DNA of 63,526 nt, filler included, from Stramenopiles sp. TOSAG23-3 (lineage: Eukaryota): NCBI GenBank assembly GCA_900128585.1. It is 5 parts of 5 records of this genome, joined end to end, with 100 filler letters (N's around TTAATTAATTAA, not from the genome) between each part and the next. Parts side by side here need not be neighbours in the genome. Positions count along the whole stretch, not along the records: positions 1 to 28,404 come from LT642247.1; 4 more parts are not named here. One strand, written 5' to 3'. The notes beneath the pieces are model-generated. The model was not told where the DNA came from and did not search any database. It worked only from the letters and a program-made list of their open reading frames with translations. Below are positions 1 through 13,200 of the stretch, piece by piece. The translations under genes were made by a program, and so were the position numbers. How positions within the stretch are numbered: the first letter of the stretch is position 1; every line of letters begins with the position of its first letter.

Positions 1-59
1 GTTTGATATTTTGGTGGAAACAGTATATAGTATATTAATAGAATAGTACAAGAAAGGAC

Positions 60-701
60 ATGCATTCGAAAATCGTTCTTGTAGCCGCCGTTGCCGCCGC
101 CGTCATGGCGTCGTGCAACGTGGCCGCCGTGCCCGTGTCGTACAAGAGCGGGGCACGCGTTGTTTCCAAGGAGGAAACTCTTCCCACCGAATTTTTACAA
201 AAGTTTCAAAAGGCCGCCGCGGGGGTGCTGCAACCAGAGGCCGCGCCTGCGAAGACCGCCCCAAGGTCGAACAACCCCACCAAAGTGGAAAAGGACTTGA
301 GCTACCGTGTCGTCCAGACCATCAAAGGGTCCTACTCCGCCCTCGGGCCGCTCCAGTGCGAGAGCACGTGCACCGTGAAGCAGGCAAAGCCAACGTGCGA
401 CTGGCATGTGCCACCCTGTGCGTTGGGCTGCGCCGAGCAGTGCGCTCAAGGCACCAACGAGGTCCCGTTGCACAGGCAGTTGTGCATAGACGGTTGCACA
501 TTATTTTGCGGCGCAAAAGCTCCGATGAAAAGCAACAGTGCTTCAACCCAGGCGGCTTTGGAGGGACAAGGAGATATCACCGGCGCGAACGCCGACCGGG
601 AAAAATACGCTAGGAATCAAGTAGGAAAAGGGGAAGCCGGCCTCGCCCAAGCCGAGAAGAACGCCGCGTTGCCTGGCGCGACCACTCAACAACGTCTTTA
701 G
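60..701 (+). CDS. Secreted cysteine-rich hypothetical protein (213 aa)
   Basis: ATG-to-stop ORF, GC-rich against AT-rich flanks; signal-peptide-like N-terminus (MHSKIVLVAAVAAAVMAS); central CxxxC cluster (CESTC, CALGCAEQC, CIDGCTLFC). No family recognised. Confidence 0.75.
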   Translation: MHSKIVLVAAVAAAVMASCNVAAVPVSYKSGARVVSKEETLPTEFLQKFQKAAAGVLQPEAAPAKTAPRSNNPTKVEKDLSYRVVQTIKGSYSALGPLQCESTCTVKQAKPTCDWHVPPCALGCAEQCAQGTNEVPLHRQLCIDGCTLFCGAKAPMKSNSASTQAALEGQGDITGANADREKYARNQVGKGEAGLAQAEKNAALPGATTQQRL

Positions 702-877
702 AACAGTGCGACGAGCGACTGAGGTATACATTGTAAAGTATGTACCCTTACCTTGATACGCATTACGATATTACGAGTTTAGTGTACTGTACGTAAATCT
801 TATCTTTTTAGCTTTAATTGCCCGCTCCAATGGGCGAGCGGGATTGTGGTAAAACTTTGCAATTCTTTGAACTTTTC

Positions 878-937
878 AATTTATCTTCTTCGTGTACCGC
901 GAATAAACAACATTTCCTTCCATCCATTAAAGGTTGT
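878..937 (-). repeat. Diverged copy of the dispersed repeat (E+C modules)
   Basis: Reverse complement AACCTTTAATGGA..AAGGA..TTCGCGGTACA..TAAATT is colinear, with the same spacing, with 63459-63517. Confidence 0.6.
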
Positions 938-1137
938 AAATTTAACCGTTCGGCGAATACCTCAGGGGAAACTTGGATAACCTGCCACACAAAGAGGGTG
1001 TCTTGTTCCTATGTTAAAGATTAGTTTTCTTCTGTGTACCGCAGGCTTTGTAAAAAATTATTTAAAAAATGTACTCTCGTAGTATTACATCATCTACGTA
1101 AGATCGCTGTGCAATTTTTTCATATTTACTATCATTT

Positions 1138-1183
1138 AAAAACAAGAAAATTGGCTGTTATTTAAGTAATTAAATTTAGCTTC
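1138..1183 (-). repeat. Dispersed repeat core A, flanked by direct repeat CTATCATTT
   Basis: AAAAACAAGAAAATTGGCTGTTATTTAAGTAATTAAATTTAGCTTC is identical to 37251-37296; CTATCATTT at 1129-1137 and 1184-1192. Confidence 0.9.
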
Positions 1184-1235
1184 CTATCATTTTAAAAGGA
1201 AAAATTAAATTTTTTGTTCCCGAATCTCACCTCAC

Positions 1236-4200
1236 TCACAGCCATGGCTGCCACGATGCCGGCATCGACGCCAATTTCTCCACGTCCATGGCATCGTTCA
1301 AAAGGTCCCGGATGCGACCGTTCATGCATGCGGGGTTGTCTACCGATCGGGTGCCCGCAAGGCAGCTCGTACGGTCGTGCACGGCCGGAATGTTGATCGG
1401 GGTCGTCTCGTCGAGCCGGTCCAGCACGCAGTACATATTCTTCACCACGCTGACGTTGTACGGGATCGTTTTGCTCCCCTTCGGTCCCCCGTCCCCCATT
1501 GCGGCGTCCGCGTCCCCCATTATGGCGTCCCCGTCCGTGTCGACGACGGCATCCTTCTCCTTTTTCTTCTCTTCCCCGTCCTCCCCCTTGGCAGTCTCTG
1601 CCGCGTGACTCGATTCGATCGCCGCCCGCTGCTGCTCCATGTCGTCCTGCAGCAGCAGGAACAGATAGTCCTCGAAGAACGCCTCGTTCTCCTTCAGGGC
1701 ACTGCCAACCGCCATCATCGAGTTCGTCAGCGTGCCGTGAATCCCGGCCGGGGTTAGAAAGTGCGCCATGCTCCGTGTCAGGCGGAAGGGCACGGCTCCC
1801 GTGCTCGCGAACAAACCGTCCGGGCTGTACAGAGGATGCAGGTCGGAGTACATTGTGGTCCCGGACTGCGCCGAGACAAACATCTTGTGGGGCTCCTGGT
1901 GCCCCATCGATAGCAGGTACGAGAGGTACGAAATCACCGCCGTCTGGGTCGCAAACTGCTTGCGGATGTACCACAACTTCTCGTACGAGTCCGCCAGCGC
2001 TGAGACGCGGTCCGTAAGGATACTGTTCGGAACCAGCGTCTCGCAGATCGTGCGGTACGTCCTCACGCGGTTCGCCGCCCGGGCCTCGGCCGGACTCCCA
2101 TCGAACAAAAAGTCCGGATGCGAGAGGACCGACGCATTCTTTGCCATTATGAAGGGAAGGACCTCGTCAACCCCAGCGGCCGCGCAGAAGTCCTCGTACA
2201 CGCTCGAGAGCGACGTGGACGCGCTGCACTCTTTCAGCAGGCGTATCCGGGGAGTGATGGGCACGATCACCGGCACCACCGAGCGAACGTTTCGCTGGCG
2301 CGCAGGCGCGTGCACCGCCATCAGGCGGTTGGTCAGCTCAAAGAACTGGGCGACTCGCTCGTCCCGGGGTGTCATCTTCGGGGCCGTGTTCTGCAGGAGA
2401 AAATTGTTCAGCAGCCCGTCACTGCCCCGGATCGAGATCCGGCACTGGTGCGTGTGGGACAGGTCCGAGCGTCGGAGAATGCTGTAGTCGGTCTCGATCA
2501 GGCTGATCGTGACGTTCTGGGACAAGTTCGGCTCGCTATCACACGAGTACTGCCCGGGGAGCTCGATGTTCTGGCTCGAGAACGCGACCATCTTCGAGCT
2601 GCAGTCTTCCATGTTCATGCTTCCCGACAAGCGGGACAGGGACTGGTCCAAGTGGTTGTTGATGATGTACTTCCACTTCGACAGCTTCCGCACCAGACCT
2701 TCCACGCTCATCCGCGGCCGCGACGACATCGAGAAGTCCTTGCGGAACGCCGCAGCGTACAGGTTGTAGCACTCGGCGTGGCGCGGGTGGAGACCCCTCG
2801 CCTCGGAAGGGAAAAACCGTGCCGTGATTCTCTCCAGGGTGACCCGTATGGAGTTGGGCACACCCACCTCGCCCATCGTGCTCTCTTTCAGCTGCAGCCT
2901 CATGCACTTTGCGAACAGGCCGTGGACAAAGTAGAGCAGCTCCTCCTCCGGGCCTTGCTTGAACTTTACGATAAGCTCCTCCAGAAGCGACTCTATCTCG
3001 AACGCGATCGGAGAATGGCTCCGTTTGATGGTGTTCATCAACTCCTCCGCGAACTTCGCGGCGGACTTGGGCCTGGCCGGGTCCGATTCGTCCGCGGGCG
3101 GTGCAGCCGCTGCGCCCTTCTTCTGCCTCGACCGCTCCTCGCTCCGGCATTCCAGCAGAAACGCCCGAAGCGAGTAGTACAGCGCCTGCGGGTAACGCTT
3201 CGCGATCTCTGTCAAGACTCGGTGGGCCTGGCCGGACCCTTCCTTCCCTAGCATGCTTATTAGCTGCGGAATCCACACCACCCAGCTCCAGATCGGCGTG
3301 TCGTCCACGTGCATCGTAAAAATCTTCAGGAGCCGGCCGCTAGGGTCGTCGCACTGAAGCAAGCGCAGGACCCGGGCAAGCAGCAGCTGCGTGTTTTCTT
3401 CTTTTCGTGTGTAGATTGCGTGCAAGTAACAACTCATGACGTGACACGCGTACTCCAGCGGCAGCCCTTCTAACGTCTTCGCCCCAAGCTCCAAGGACGC
3501 GTCCTCCCGCAGCACTGCCGCACTCTCGCCGCGGCACGCGATGTGCAGTAAACGGTCGTAGAATTGCCCCCAGGACAACCAGCCTTCCCCGAAGGACTGG
3601 CAGACGTTTAGGCACTTGCTGAACGCCGACTCCGCCTCCCTTGTCTCCCCGAGGCGCTCCAGGAAAAGCGCTTTCAGACGAAAAAGCTCCGCCTTTTGTT
3701 CAGATTGAAAATAGCTCAGGTTCGTGTTGTTGATCATCGCCAGGCCGTTCTTCAGCCGCAGGGGTTCGTCCAGGCAGAGCGAAATCTGCTGCTGCAGTTT
3801 CTTGAATGCTGGCCCGATTTCCATCTGAGAAATGTTGCTCAGCTTGTCCATGAACTTAAGCCCCAAATCTTTCAGTTTGTGGTTCCGCGCAACTTCGCAG
3901 ATTTTTAGGGCCGTCCACGGCGTGTCCTGCACCTGCCCGCTCTGGTCTTGCTTCGAACGGCTCCGCTGGTTTCGGCGAACGGACTCGGACTTGATAAAGT
4001 CGAACATGTGCATTCGCCAAGTCAGCACATCCGTCCACACCACCGCATCTTCCCATCGGTTAGGCAGGCGCTCCCGCCACACGTGCATATACTTGTTCAG
4101 GTCCGGCATCCTCGACGAATCGCGCTCTCTCGTCTCCTTCAGCTCGACAAGTATCTTGCTGGACTCCTGTACTTCCACCAAGTTCTGGAACGTTTGCAGG

Positions 4201-7200
4201 AGTGGGATGTGTGCTGCAGACGTCGTCGATGGCAGTGATTGCCATTTTTGCAGCACCAGCTGGACGCCGTGCCTGCAGTACTGATCGACGTCGCTCAGCT
4301 TCCACTCTTGAATGGCGAGGTAAATTTGGTACAGCAACAATTTGCTATCCGGGGTGGTCTCTTCGGTCACGGCTTTCACCGAGGGCGAGGCGAACAGCTT
4401 CTTCACCAGGCTCCACTTCGGCGTTTTCCACGCACATTCTAGGAGAACTTTAGGCTCGTTGGTCGCTGGCAAACAGTAATTCAACAACACGTCCCACTGG
4501 GCCAACTGGCGGCAGGACTCCACCCAGCTGGACTTCCACCCAGCCAGTTCGAACTCGCTCAGGCGCCCGTCCATGTGCTCTGATATAGCATTCACCAGCA
4601 CTTCCTGGGACTGCTTCCACTGCCCGTTGGCCTGCAAGTCCAAAGCAGCTGTCGTTTCCCGCGATTCAGAAGTCAAGTGTCGCAACCCCTTGGAGTGATC
4701 GGTTTCGTTCAAGGATGTATAGAGGTTGTCAAGAACCCTGGTCCACGACTCGAAACCTTCTTGGGTATGATTGTCCCTCTCAAACACCTGCCTCTCGCAG
4801 ATGCGTATCGCAGTGTGCCACGCATTGTACGTCTTCCCTAAAAACATCAGGAGCTCTGCGGGAATCAGCGGTGCAGGGTTCGATTTGGCAAGCCCAAGGA
4901 GCAAGGCCTGGACAACATTTCGACGGTACCCAAACCCGCTGCCCAGCCGCAATTGCCTTTTGTGGTACTGTTGAGACAGTAACGAGGTTAGCGGGCGCAC
5001 TAGAGCCATTTGGGAACGCTCATCGAGGCTTGCCCACGCTGCCGGGTAAACTTGCCCCCACATTTCTATCGCTACGCGGGGGTCGGCGTGGGACAGCTCG
5101 TGCAACGGGGTCAAGACACGCTTCACCGTCATGTTCCCCCTGACCGATTGCAAGAACGCAGACTGCTCTGCTATCATAGCAGTCAGCTCTGTGGTAGTGT
5201 TCCCCTTGCCCAACAGCCGGAAGCCCTCGGGCGCTTCCTCGATTGGTGCAAAACCTGGAGTGCTGCTGTCCAAAGATATGCTCGAGGTCTCGACCCGGCC
5301 CGCCAAGATACACTCCGTGGCGAGGGGCAGCCAGAATCGGTTGTTGACTGGCTCCCAATCCTGTACTAGAGTGGACAATACCCTGCTGAACGTGCTGTGC
5401 AGCTTGCCATCGCGGTTGAGTTTGGCGACGTAGAGCTTGTAGAACATCCGGCGCTGGATGGGATTTGGCGAAAAGAGGGCGGACATGAACGGCCGTTTCA
5501 GCTGCACGTTTAGCCAGTCCGGCCGACTATCCTCTGGCAACGAGCACATGGAGTAGATAATGTCGAAATACTTCGTGAGCAATGGCAAGGCGTGGTGCTG
5601 ATCGCGAAACCGCATAAGTGTAAACATTTTGATCAAAAAAGCCTCTTTCTCTTGATCGTTCAAGGGGGTGTGAAGGTGCACCGAGAGGTTCATCCAGTTG
5701 GACACCAAGCTGACAATGGCCTCCAAAACGAACGTGTTGTCGTTTTTGTGAATCACATGCGACAGGGTGTTCAAAAAGTACCGCTTGTCCGGTTTGTCGT
5801 GGATTCTGCTGATTGATTTCCCAATCATGCCCATAGCCAGTTTAAATGCATGGGCACCCTCGGTGGGACCTTCCAGTTTGCTAATCTTCCTACCTTTTTC
5901 ATCTTTGGACGGGTGAACAAACGCCGTGCGGTCCAACGCAAGCGCTTCCAAGACTTTGTTGAAAAACCCGATGTACATAAGGGCGGTGGGACTGTGGGCT
6001 TTCGCAAGGACAGAAATGCATTGCAGCGCCGCGAACCCAGTAAATCGCCCCGCAGCCTCCCCTTTTCCACTAGGTGGCTTCAGTCCGCTTTTGCTGTTCC
6101 CGTACTTGTTGTAAAAGTCGGTTACTTTCGTGCGGGCGGAGATGCCGGCAGTCACGCTCTTGTCCAACAGATCTTTGAAGTACCCGTAGAACCGGCAATC
6201 AGTGAACTCTTTTGGTGCGTTGTGCATTGGAAAACAGAAGATCAACCGAGTGATGAATCTCCGGAAGCATTTGTTGAGCAGAATGACTTCCTCGAGAAAG
6301 TTCCGCTGGTCCCGGTCTGCGTACGCCCCAAAAGAAAACACATTGTTCGCGCTTTCGCCAATTTCCAATTGTGACGGTTTGATGGCGCCATAATCCACTG
6401 TGGATATTGTTCGTAGGCAGGGCTCCAGCAGAGTCATAATTTCCGCAATGTTTGATTGGATAAATTTATTCTTCTTGGCAGGCGTGCTGAACCGCAGCAT
6501 GGTGTTCAAGACTTCCAGGCACGCAAGAAGGACACCAGGCTTAATGTTTTGGCTGGCGCTGGTCACGTCGTCCACGGCTTGGCGTGCCCGAGTCGCTGCA
6601 GTGCTCCGTTGGGATCCTTTTTTGGCCTTTCCGGCGGCACCCCTGCCCTTGGGCTTGGAGGTGGACGGGTACGATGAGTTGTCCGAGCCAGTGCTGCGGC
6701 CTCGGTTTGAACTGCCCCGTGAGCTCTTCTGGGGAACTTCCAATAGCTTCTTAAACGAGAAATTCTTTATCGATGTCAAGGGCCATACACTCAGTCCCCG
6801 GGCAAGCAACTCAGTGCACCTACGCCAAAGTATGTCTTGGTTTCCAACCTGAACCGTCGACAGGGATAAGCGAATGAGGAAATTGATGATCATGGTAATC
6901 GATTTGTCTGGTCGTGAGGCTGGGCCCATCGATTGCAGGCTAGAAAAGGGCCGTTTGGGGTACGACAAGTTTCGTCGGCTAATTGGCCTTGACTTGTACC
7001 GTTTCGAAGGTTTTCTTTCACTGCTCAGGACCCATTTCGTTTGTGACGCTTTGCGCAGTTTTAACGGGCATTTGCCAGCCGCCTTCCGTTTTTTCTCGAT
7101 GCGCGCCTGTTTCCGAGCCAATTTTAGTTTCGCTTCCTTCTTCGCGAGCCGTGCGGCGGCCTTCAACGACTTGCTTTGGTCTTGCAATTTCACCAATTTG

Positions 7201-10200
7201 CTTCTCTTTTCACGTTCAATTTCCCACACAATAATAATTTCAACCAAATCCACGGCGAGTGACCTGTTTTCCAACGTAGCGTTTCCGGGTAGAGCCAACC
7301 GGCTGAGACAATTGACCATCTGTGGCATAAACTGCTCCTTGTGGCCGTAAAACATGGAAGGATTTTTTACAATAACACCCCAAACATGAATTACATTTGA
7401 CAATGAGTGCCCGTCTTCGTAAATCACCTTTTTTGTCCATTTTATTGACTTCACAAACTCGTCATGCGGCAAGCGGTCCTTCAGGACAGGCACAAGAATG
7501 TCAAGCGCTTTACGAACCAACGGCCTGGATTCGGGCGCAGTCATTCTCAAAAGGGCCACATAAACTTGCAAAATGATCTTTGGCGGTGTTTCGTACATTG
7601 CAATAAACCTACAGACATTTATGTACGCCCAGTTTTTGCTCAAAGCGTCTTTTGACTTCAGGTGGTTCCATGCAAACTTAATCAAGTTTTTGCGGTGAAC
7701 CGTCAGTTCTGATGACATAAACTCTACCAGCAAAGTGGCGAGTTTCAACAATTCCACCAGCAGTTTCTCCGTGGCTTTGTTGCTGGCAGAGCTCTCCACC
7801 AGACTTGACACGATCTTCTTTATCAAGTCATCGCCAAGCACGTCGGAGTTCTTTATCGTTTTGTCAGCAAATACAGCGCTCAACACTGGGATCAACAAAT
7901 ATTGTATCGCCAACGTTTTCAAGGTCTCGGTCGCTTTCGTCCCATTGAAGTACTCAAGATACAACGTTACCAGCGTTTTCTTCGCTTCCACGGTAGCAAT
8001 CTTTGAAAGTTCCTCGGCAAAGAAGCGCTTCAGGAACGTGTAGTCTATGACACTCCTCTCTGTAAACACATTTAGCATTCGGAACAAAATCGATACATTG
8101 GAAGTGTCTGCCCGGTATACGTTTTGGAGGCACTCCACCAAAAGTTTCGACTCTTGCCTGTGGCGCAGCTCGACCTCTTCTTCCTTTTGCAGGCGCTCGA
8201 CTCGCCCTGGCATTTCCCACATCATAAGCAGGCATTTGGTGATCTTTTTATCGCTGGTAAGCCACTTCGGGTCAGAGTGAGAGAGTGTGTGAAATATTTT
8301 AATCCCTTGAAAGCGTAATTCCATAATTTTTCGCTCGTGGGCCGAAGTGTTTTGAAGCCCATTTTCCCCCCAGAAGGAGGTGGTGCCATCGGATGACGTA
8401 CTCGCGTTGGAGGTGTCCCCGGCGTCTTTGTTCTTTGGTTTTGCGTTGAGTTCTGGGAGGTTCGTGTCGGCAGTGCGTCGGACATTCTGGCGCTGTATAA
8501 CATCCCGTGCCTTTTTGAGCTGCGCATTTGCCCACATTTTTGCCCAATACTCGGCTTTTTCCTTGGCCCCTTTCTCTTCTGATTCCATCAACACCTGCCC
8601 CGCCGGACTCCGCTCTATTGCCATGGAAACGAGCCTGCGTTGGACTTTCGACACTAGTCGCTGCTGTTCTTCAAATGACCTTTCTGCTCGCTCCACTGCC
8701 TCTTCGCATTTCTTCGTAGTCTGGTGCTGCTTCTGTGCTGCTAGTTTCAACTTCTCCCGGCTATCGAGCAACTCTTTTTTGTACTTTTCCACGTTTTTGT
8801 GGGCCGTATCTTTTAGTTTTGCACTGTACGATTTGTGCTTGTAATCTTGCACCTTTTTCACCGCAGCGTTAAGCTTGCCTTGCAACGTCTTGTACTGCTT
8901 TGTGCCATCGTTTATCAATTTCTTTTGTTTCGTGTAAGACGATTGATAGGCTTTCCGGGCTTTTGTAAGCATTACTTGTGCGCGGGCCAGGTCTTGCCGG
9001 GCATTCTCTAAGTCTTGTGGCGATGGCTCCGGCAGGGATGGGGCAATTGAAATGGCCTCAAAGCCGTCCCCGTGTTTCGCATTAGGGTCTGTGCTGGTCT
9101 TAATCTGCAACAAGAACATGTTGTTGATCACCGTGTTCGTCGCTTCGCTTGTCATTAGTTCGTCGCGTATCGAACGCGCTTCGGGGAGCTTAATTATCGC
9201 CTGGAATAATTTGGCGTGAGGCCGGTTGACCAGCCTCTCTTTTTTCAGAAAGAATTCCACCGTTTGTTTCGGGTATTTCGCCAAAAACTGTGTCAGGGGG
9301 GACCGGAATGGGGAGTAGCCGCATCCAGAAACATCCACTTTTTTCGTTCTATCTTTCGTGTCGTTCCTCTGGGTCCTGTACCTGTGAAGCACACTTTCTA
9401 GCTTCAGGGTAACGGCGACGAGATCTTCCATGAATGACGCGACAGAGGGCGGAAGGTACTGAAACAGAGCTATCGTTTTTGCGGCAACCTCGGGCTCCTT
9501 GCCAGCTTCCCATTGCCCGGCAAGGATTATTTGTGCGGGCTGCGTCCATTGGCGCAAATGGTCGAGTAGCTGCTTCGCAAGAGCATCGTTAAATGCTTTG
9601 CTGAGCATTTCCAACACGTGCGCAAGTGCATTGAGAAGGGCGGGCGTCAAATTATCAAATTTTGCAAGGTTTGCCAGCACTGGTCGCAGAGACGTTTTTA
9701 ACAAATCGTTGGGCAAACTTTTCTGCAAGCTGGTGATAAGGGCTCCCAAGGCATGTTTCGACGCGGCAACGATATCCGGGGAAATCGCAGTCAATGATCT
9801 GCAACAGAACTGGATGCACTGGTTCCGTGACTGGGCCCTGGACTCGTCTGCGAATACAGTAGGCGATGCTACTGTGCAGGCCCAAATCAACCCCACAGTG
9901 TACACGCATAGGTTGGTCCTATGCCGTCCACAAAATGGGTATTCTAAATCTTCAACAATGTCGGCTGGGTTTCCATCCAACCCTAAAATTTTCCTAGTCG
10001 CCGAGTCTGCGACTGCTATGCCCCCAGAATCTAAATTTATGGGCAGCAGACGGGCTTGCAATCGATCAGAACTGCTAAGGTGCACAGACTCCATCAAAAA
10101 TTTGATAACGCTTTGGTCAACGTCAAACAATGGCTTGCCTTTTAAAGACAGCGCGAACGTTGCGCATGATATGCGCGCTATCTGCTCTTCGTTCATGAAA

Positions 10201-13200
10201 TGGTTCAAGGGCCTATTGAAAATGCGCTCTTGAATGTTTTTCCGGAACGGAACTAGCAAATGATACATCGAAATGCCGGTCTCCTCGGAGAGACGCTTGA
10301 GTAGCATTTGCGCGGCGTTTCTTGACGTTTCAGAGCGGCGAACCAGCTCTGCAGTGAGCAGATCAATAATTCTGAAGAGGCTGGGATCTTGCTTCTTCAA
10401 CTCTACCATAGGTTCAAGGTCGTTCGACTCGCCCTCTTCGTTGCTCCCGGCCAAAATTGTTTTGGCGGTCTTACGGGACGACAACAGCATGTCAATCGTC
10501 TTCTGGGCCTGGGAAATTACATGGGCTTGAAACTCAAATGTGTGGTCAAAGAGTACAAACAGCAATGCTTTGAACATGGTAGTTTCGTTCGCTCGTATCC
10601 AGTCCATGGGCATTAATTTGTGAAGCTCACGGATACCGACGCAAGCGCCAACCTTTCGTTTCCAAGCTTTCTCAAACGAAGCATGGATGAGAACTTTCAA
10701 CAAGGCTGCCCAAACCGTTTTACCAATGCGGCACACGTCGCTGTCGGTACCGTCCTTCCTGTTGCACAAAAGTTTTGCCGTTTCCGCCATGAGACAGAGC
10801 GTACGCGTGGCAACTTCTACGATTTCGTTTTTGCCAGACGACCACCCGTCGGCCAGCACTTCGCAGATTATGGTCGGGTCGGCGTTGATATGTCCATCGG
10901 ACAGAGCGCTGCCTTTCTTCGACACGCTCAAGAGGAACAATTGCCTGACAAATCCCCGAAACAGGGGCCAAGCTTTCCTACTCATTTCTGTATCGGCGGC
11001 CGCTGTCATCATTCCCACCAGAATTTTCTTTAAAGTCTTCTCTCGTGCCCTCAACTGCTTCACACGAACCCCCTTTTTAGCAGACGAGTCCAGAGTGTCG
11101 CCATGCTCGTCGCCGGTTGCCGATTCAAGCCCCATGCGCTCGATTCCAATGCTCTGGTCGACGAACATGGCCAAGGAAGACGCCAGAAAACTCAATGCCA
11201 TGTGCTTGTAATGCACCCGTACTGCGTTTGGGGTTTCAGATCCTTGCTCATCTGGCGTTTTCCCCTCGCCTCTAATTTGAGCAACAAGCTTTGCGCTCGC
11301 CGCGGCTTCCCTGCGAACCCTTTCGTCGTCAAATTTAGGGCGTTTGGAACGCCTTCGTTTTGCCTTCTTCCCCGCACTGATGATCTCAGCGATGGTTCTC
11401 TTTGGGCCGAATTCGATTGCATCCTCGGGTGCCTTCGACGTTTCTCCCTTCTCAGCAATTTTACTTTCGACGTTTCCATCGCCCGTCGTTTTCTCTCTGG
11501 AAGGCGCGTTGGAAGAAGTTTTTGTGCCTTTCACTGGAACCCTTTCTCCTGAAAAATGCTTTTGTAGAAAGGCCGTTGAAAGGTCTACAAATTTGTCCAT
11601 CTTGAGCACACTGTTGGTCCCGGAGCGTTCGGCCCCATTGAAATTAAATGAAAATGCAAGCCCGGGGTTTACGTCTTCGAGAATATCAAACTCAACAGGG
11701 TTTGTCAAGTATATGCGGTTTTTACCCCCCATTTTCCCTAATATTCGTAGCGCTGTTGTCCCGTAGTTCGCCGGCTTCGGCTTCAACAGGTCCGTCAACG
11801 CCCCCATCAAGTCGAGCAATATAGGCTTGCGGCTCATGATGGGGTACAGAAACTCTGTGTTCAAGTTGTCGATCCAAAACTCTAGCGTGCGTAGCGCCAG
11901 CGTGATGAGCTCGGAGTGCACCGACTTCAGCGCCAGGATGACCGGGGTCATCAGAAGTGGCAAGTGCTTCAGCAAAGACGGCAGGCGGGCTGGGACAGTC
12001 AAACACAGCTCGATCAGAAGCCGTTTGGCATCTGGGTCGTCCGTCTTCTTCTGCATCGCCACCAGCCCTTTCAGCAAACCCGGGAGCAGTTGCAGCAGTT
12101 CTTTGTACAGAAGCTCAAATTTTCCGCCACCGATGGAACGAAAGAGGTGCCTGAGGAGCTCAAGGTGGTTCTTCGGGTCCTTTACTTCTGTGACGCACCG
12201 AAGGTTCAAAATTATGATTTTTCGTAGCTTGGGAAGGAGCACGCGCTCGTTGTCCTTGTACAGCTTCACAGACTGAAACACCATTTTGAACAATCGCAAA
12301 AGTATGGCGGCGCGTTCGTCGGCGTTAGCTCTCTCGCTATCGTTGTAAATCCCTTCCCCGTTGACGTCCGTGCTGACCCCTATCAGCTTCTTCTCTGCCC
12401 GATCTACTCGGTCCCACTTGGAACACCCAGATGACGCGTGCCCTGACAAATAAAACACGCGCTTTGGTTCTAATAAAAAGTCTAACAATATATCCGCAAA
12501 TATTTTCGACATTCGCGCGTTCGTCAAAAACAGCTGCGGAATGACCAGCAGCGTGCGGTCCGTTAACATATTCTCGTACAGCAACTCTAGCGCAGACCGA
12601 GCCACGCCCGTCTCGGTGGACCGGTGGAAAATGTCCCGAAAGTTTGCGTGGTTCAGCACGGTGAACACATTCCCGAAGTTTTCCAAAACGTCCTTCTCCT
12701 CGTCTCGATTGTCCGACTTTTCGTCCCGGTACACGTCAAAACACGCCAATGCTAGCTGGAAAAAGTTGGAGATAAGGGTGATCTCGTGCTCTGTCAACGG
12801 TACGGCGACCCCTTGTTTCTGCACCCTTTGGTCACGCGTGATGGTCGAGTTGGTCTCTCGAACCTTGTAATTGGACACGCACCATACTACCGTCTTCAAG
12901 CCAAGGATCATGGTTTTGATCAGCGCTTTGATAATTTTCGAGGACTCCGTTTTCGCGTCCAGGGACAGCGACTTGTGGGGGTCGCCCGGCGCGGCCCGGG
13001 CGGGCGGCAGCGTGCTTTTCGCGGGGACCTCGGGCTGGCCGTTGGCCCGTGGCGCCCCCTTTGCCTCGCTGGCGGGATCGGCTACGACCAGCGTCATACT
13101 GCCCTCCTCGTTGGTGGGCTTGGGGTCCTTGCTTGCAATGTCAGCGCTCGGGTCTTTGGCGGCGGACGGCGCAGCCTTCTCGGCTGCCCCTGGCTCCGCG

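Noticed and set aside
6895-7075. Odd basic segment of TRRAP (KCPLKLRKASQTKW..) as a hidden frameshift or intron
   Set aside because: Both alternative frames contain stops and no clear splice pair was found; unresolved without reads.
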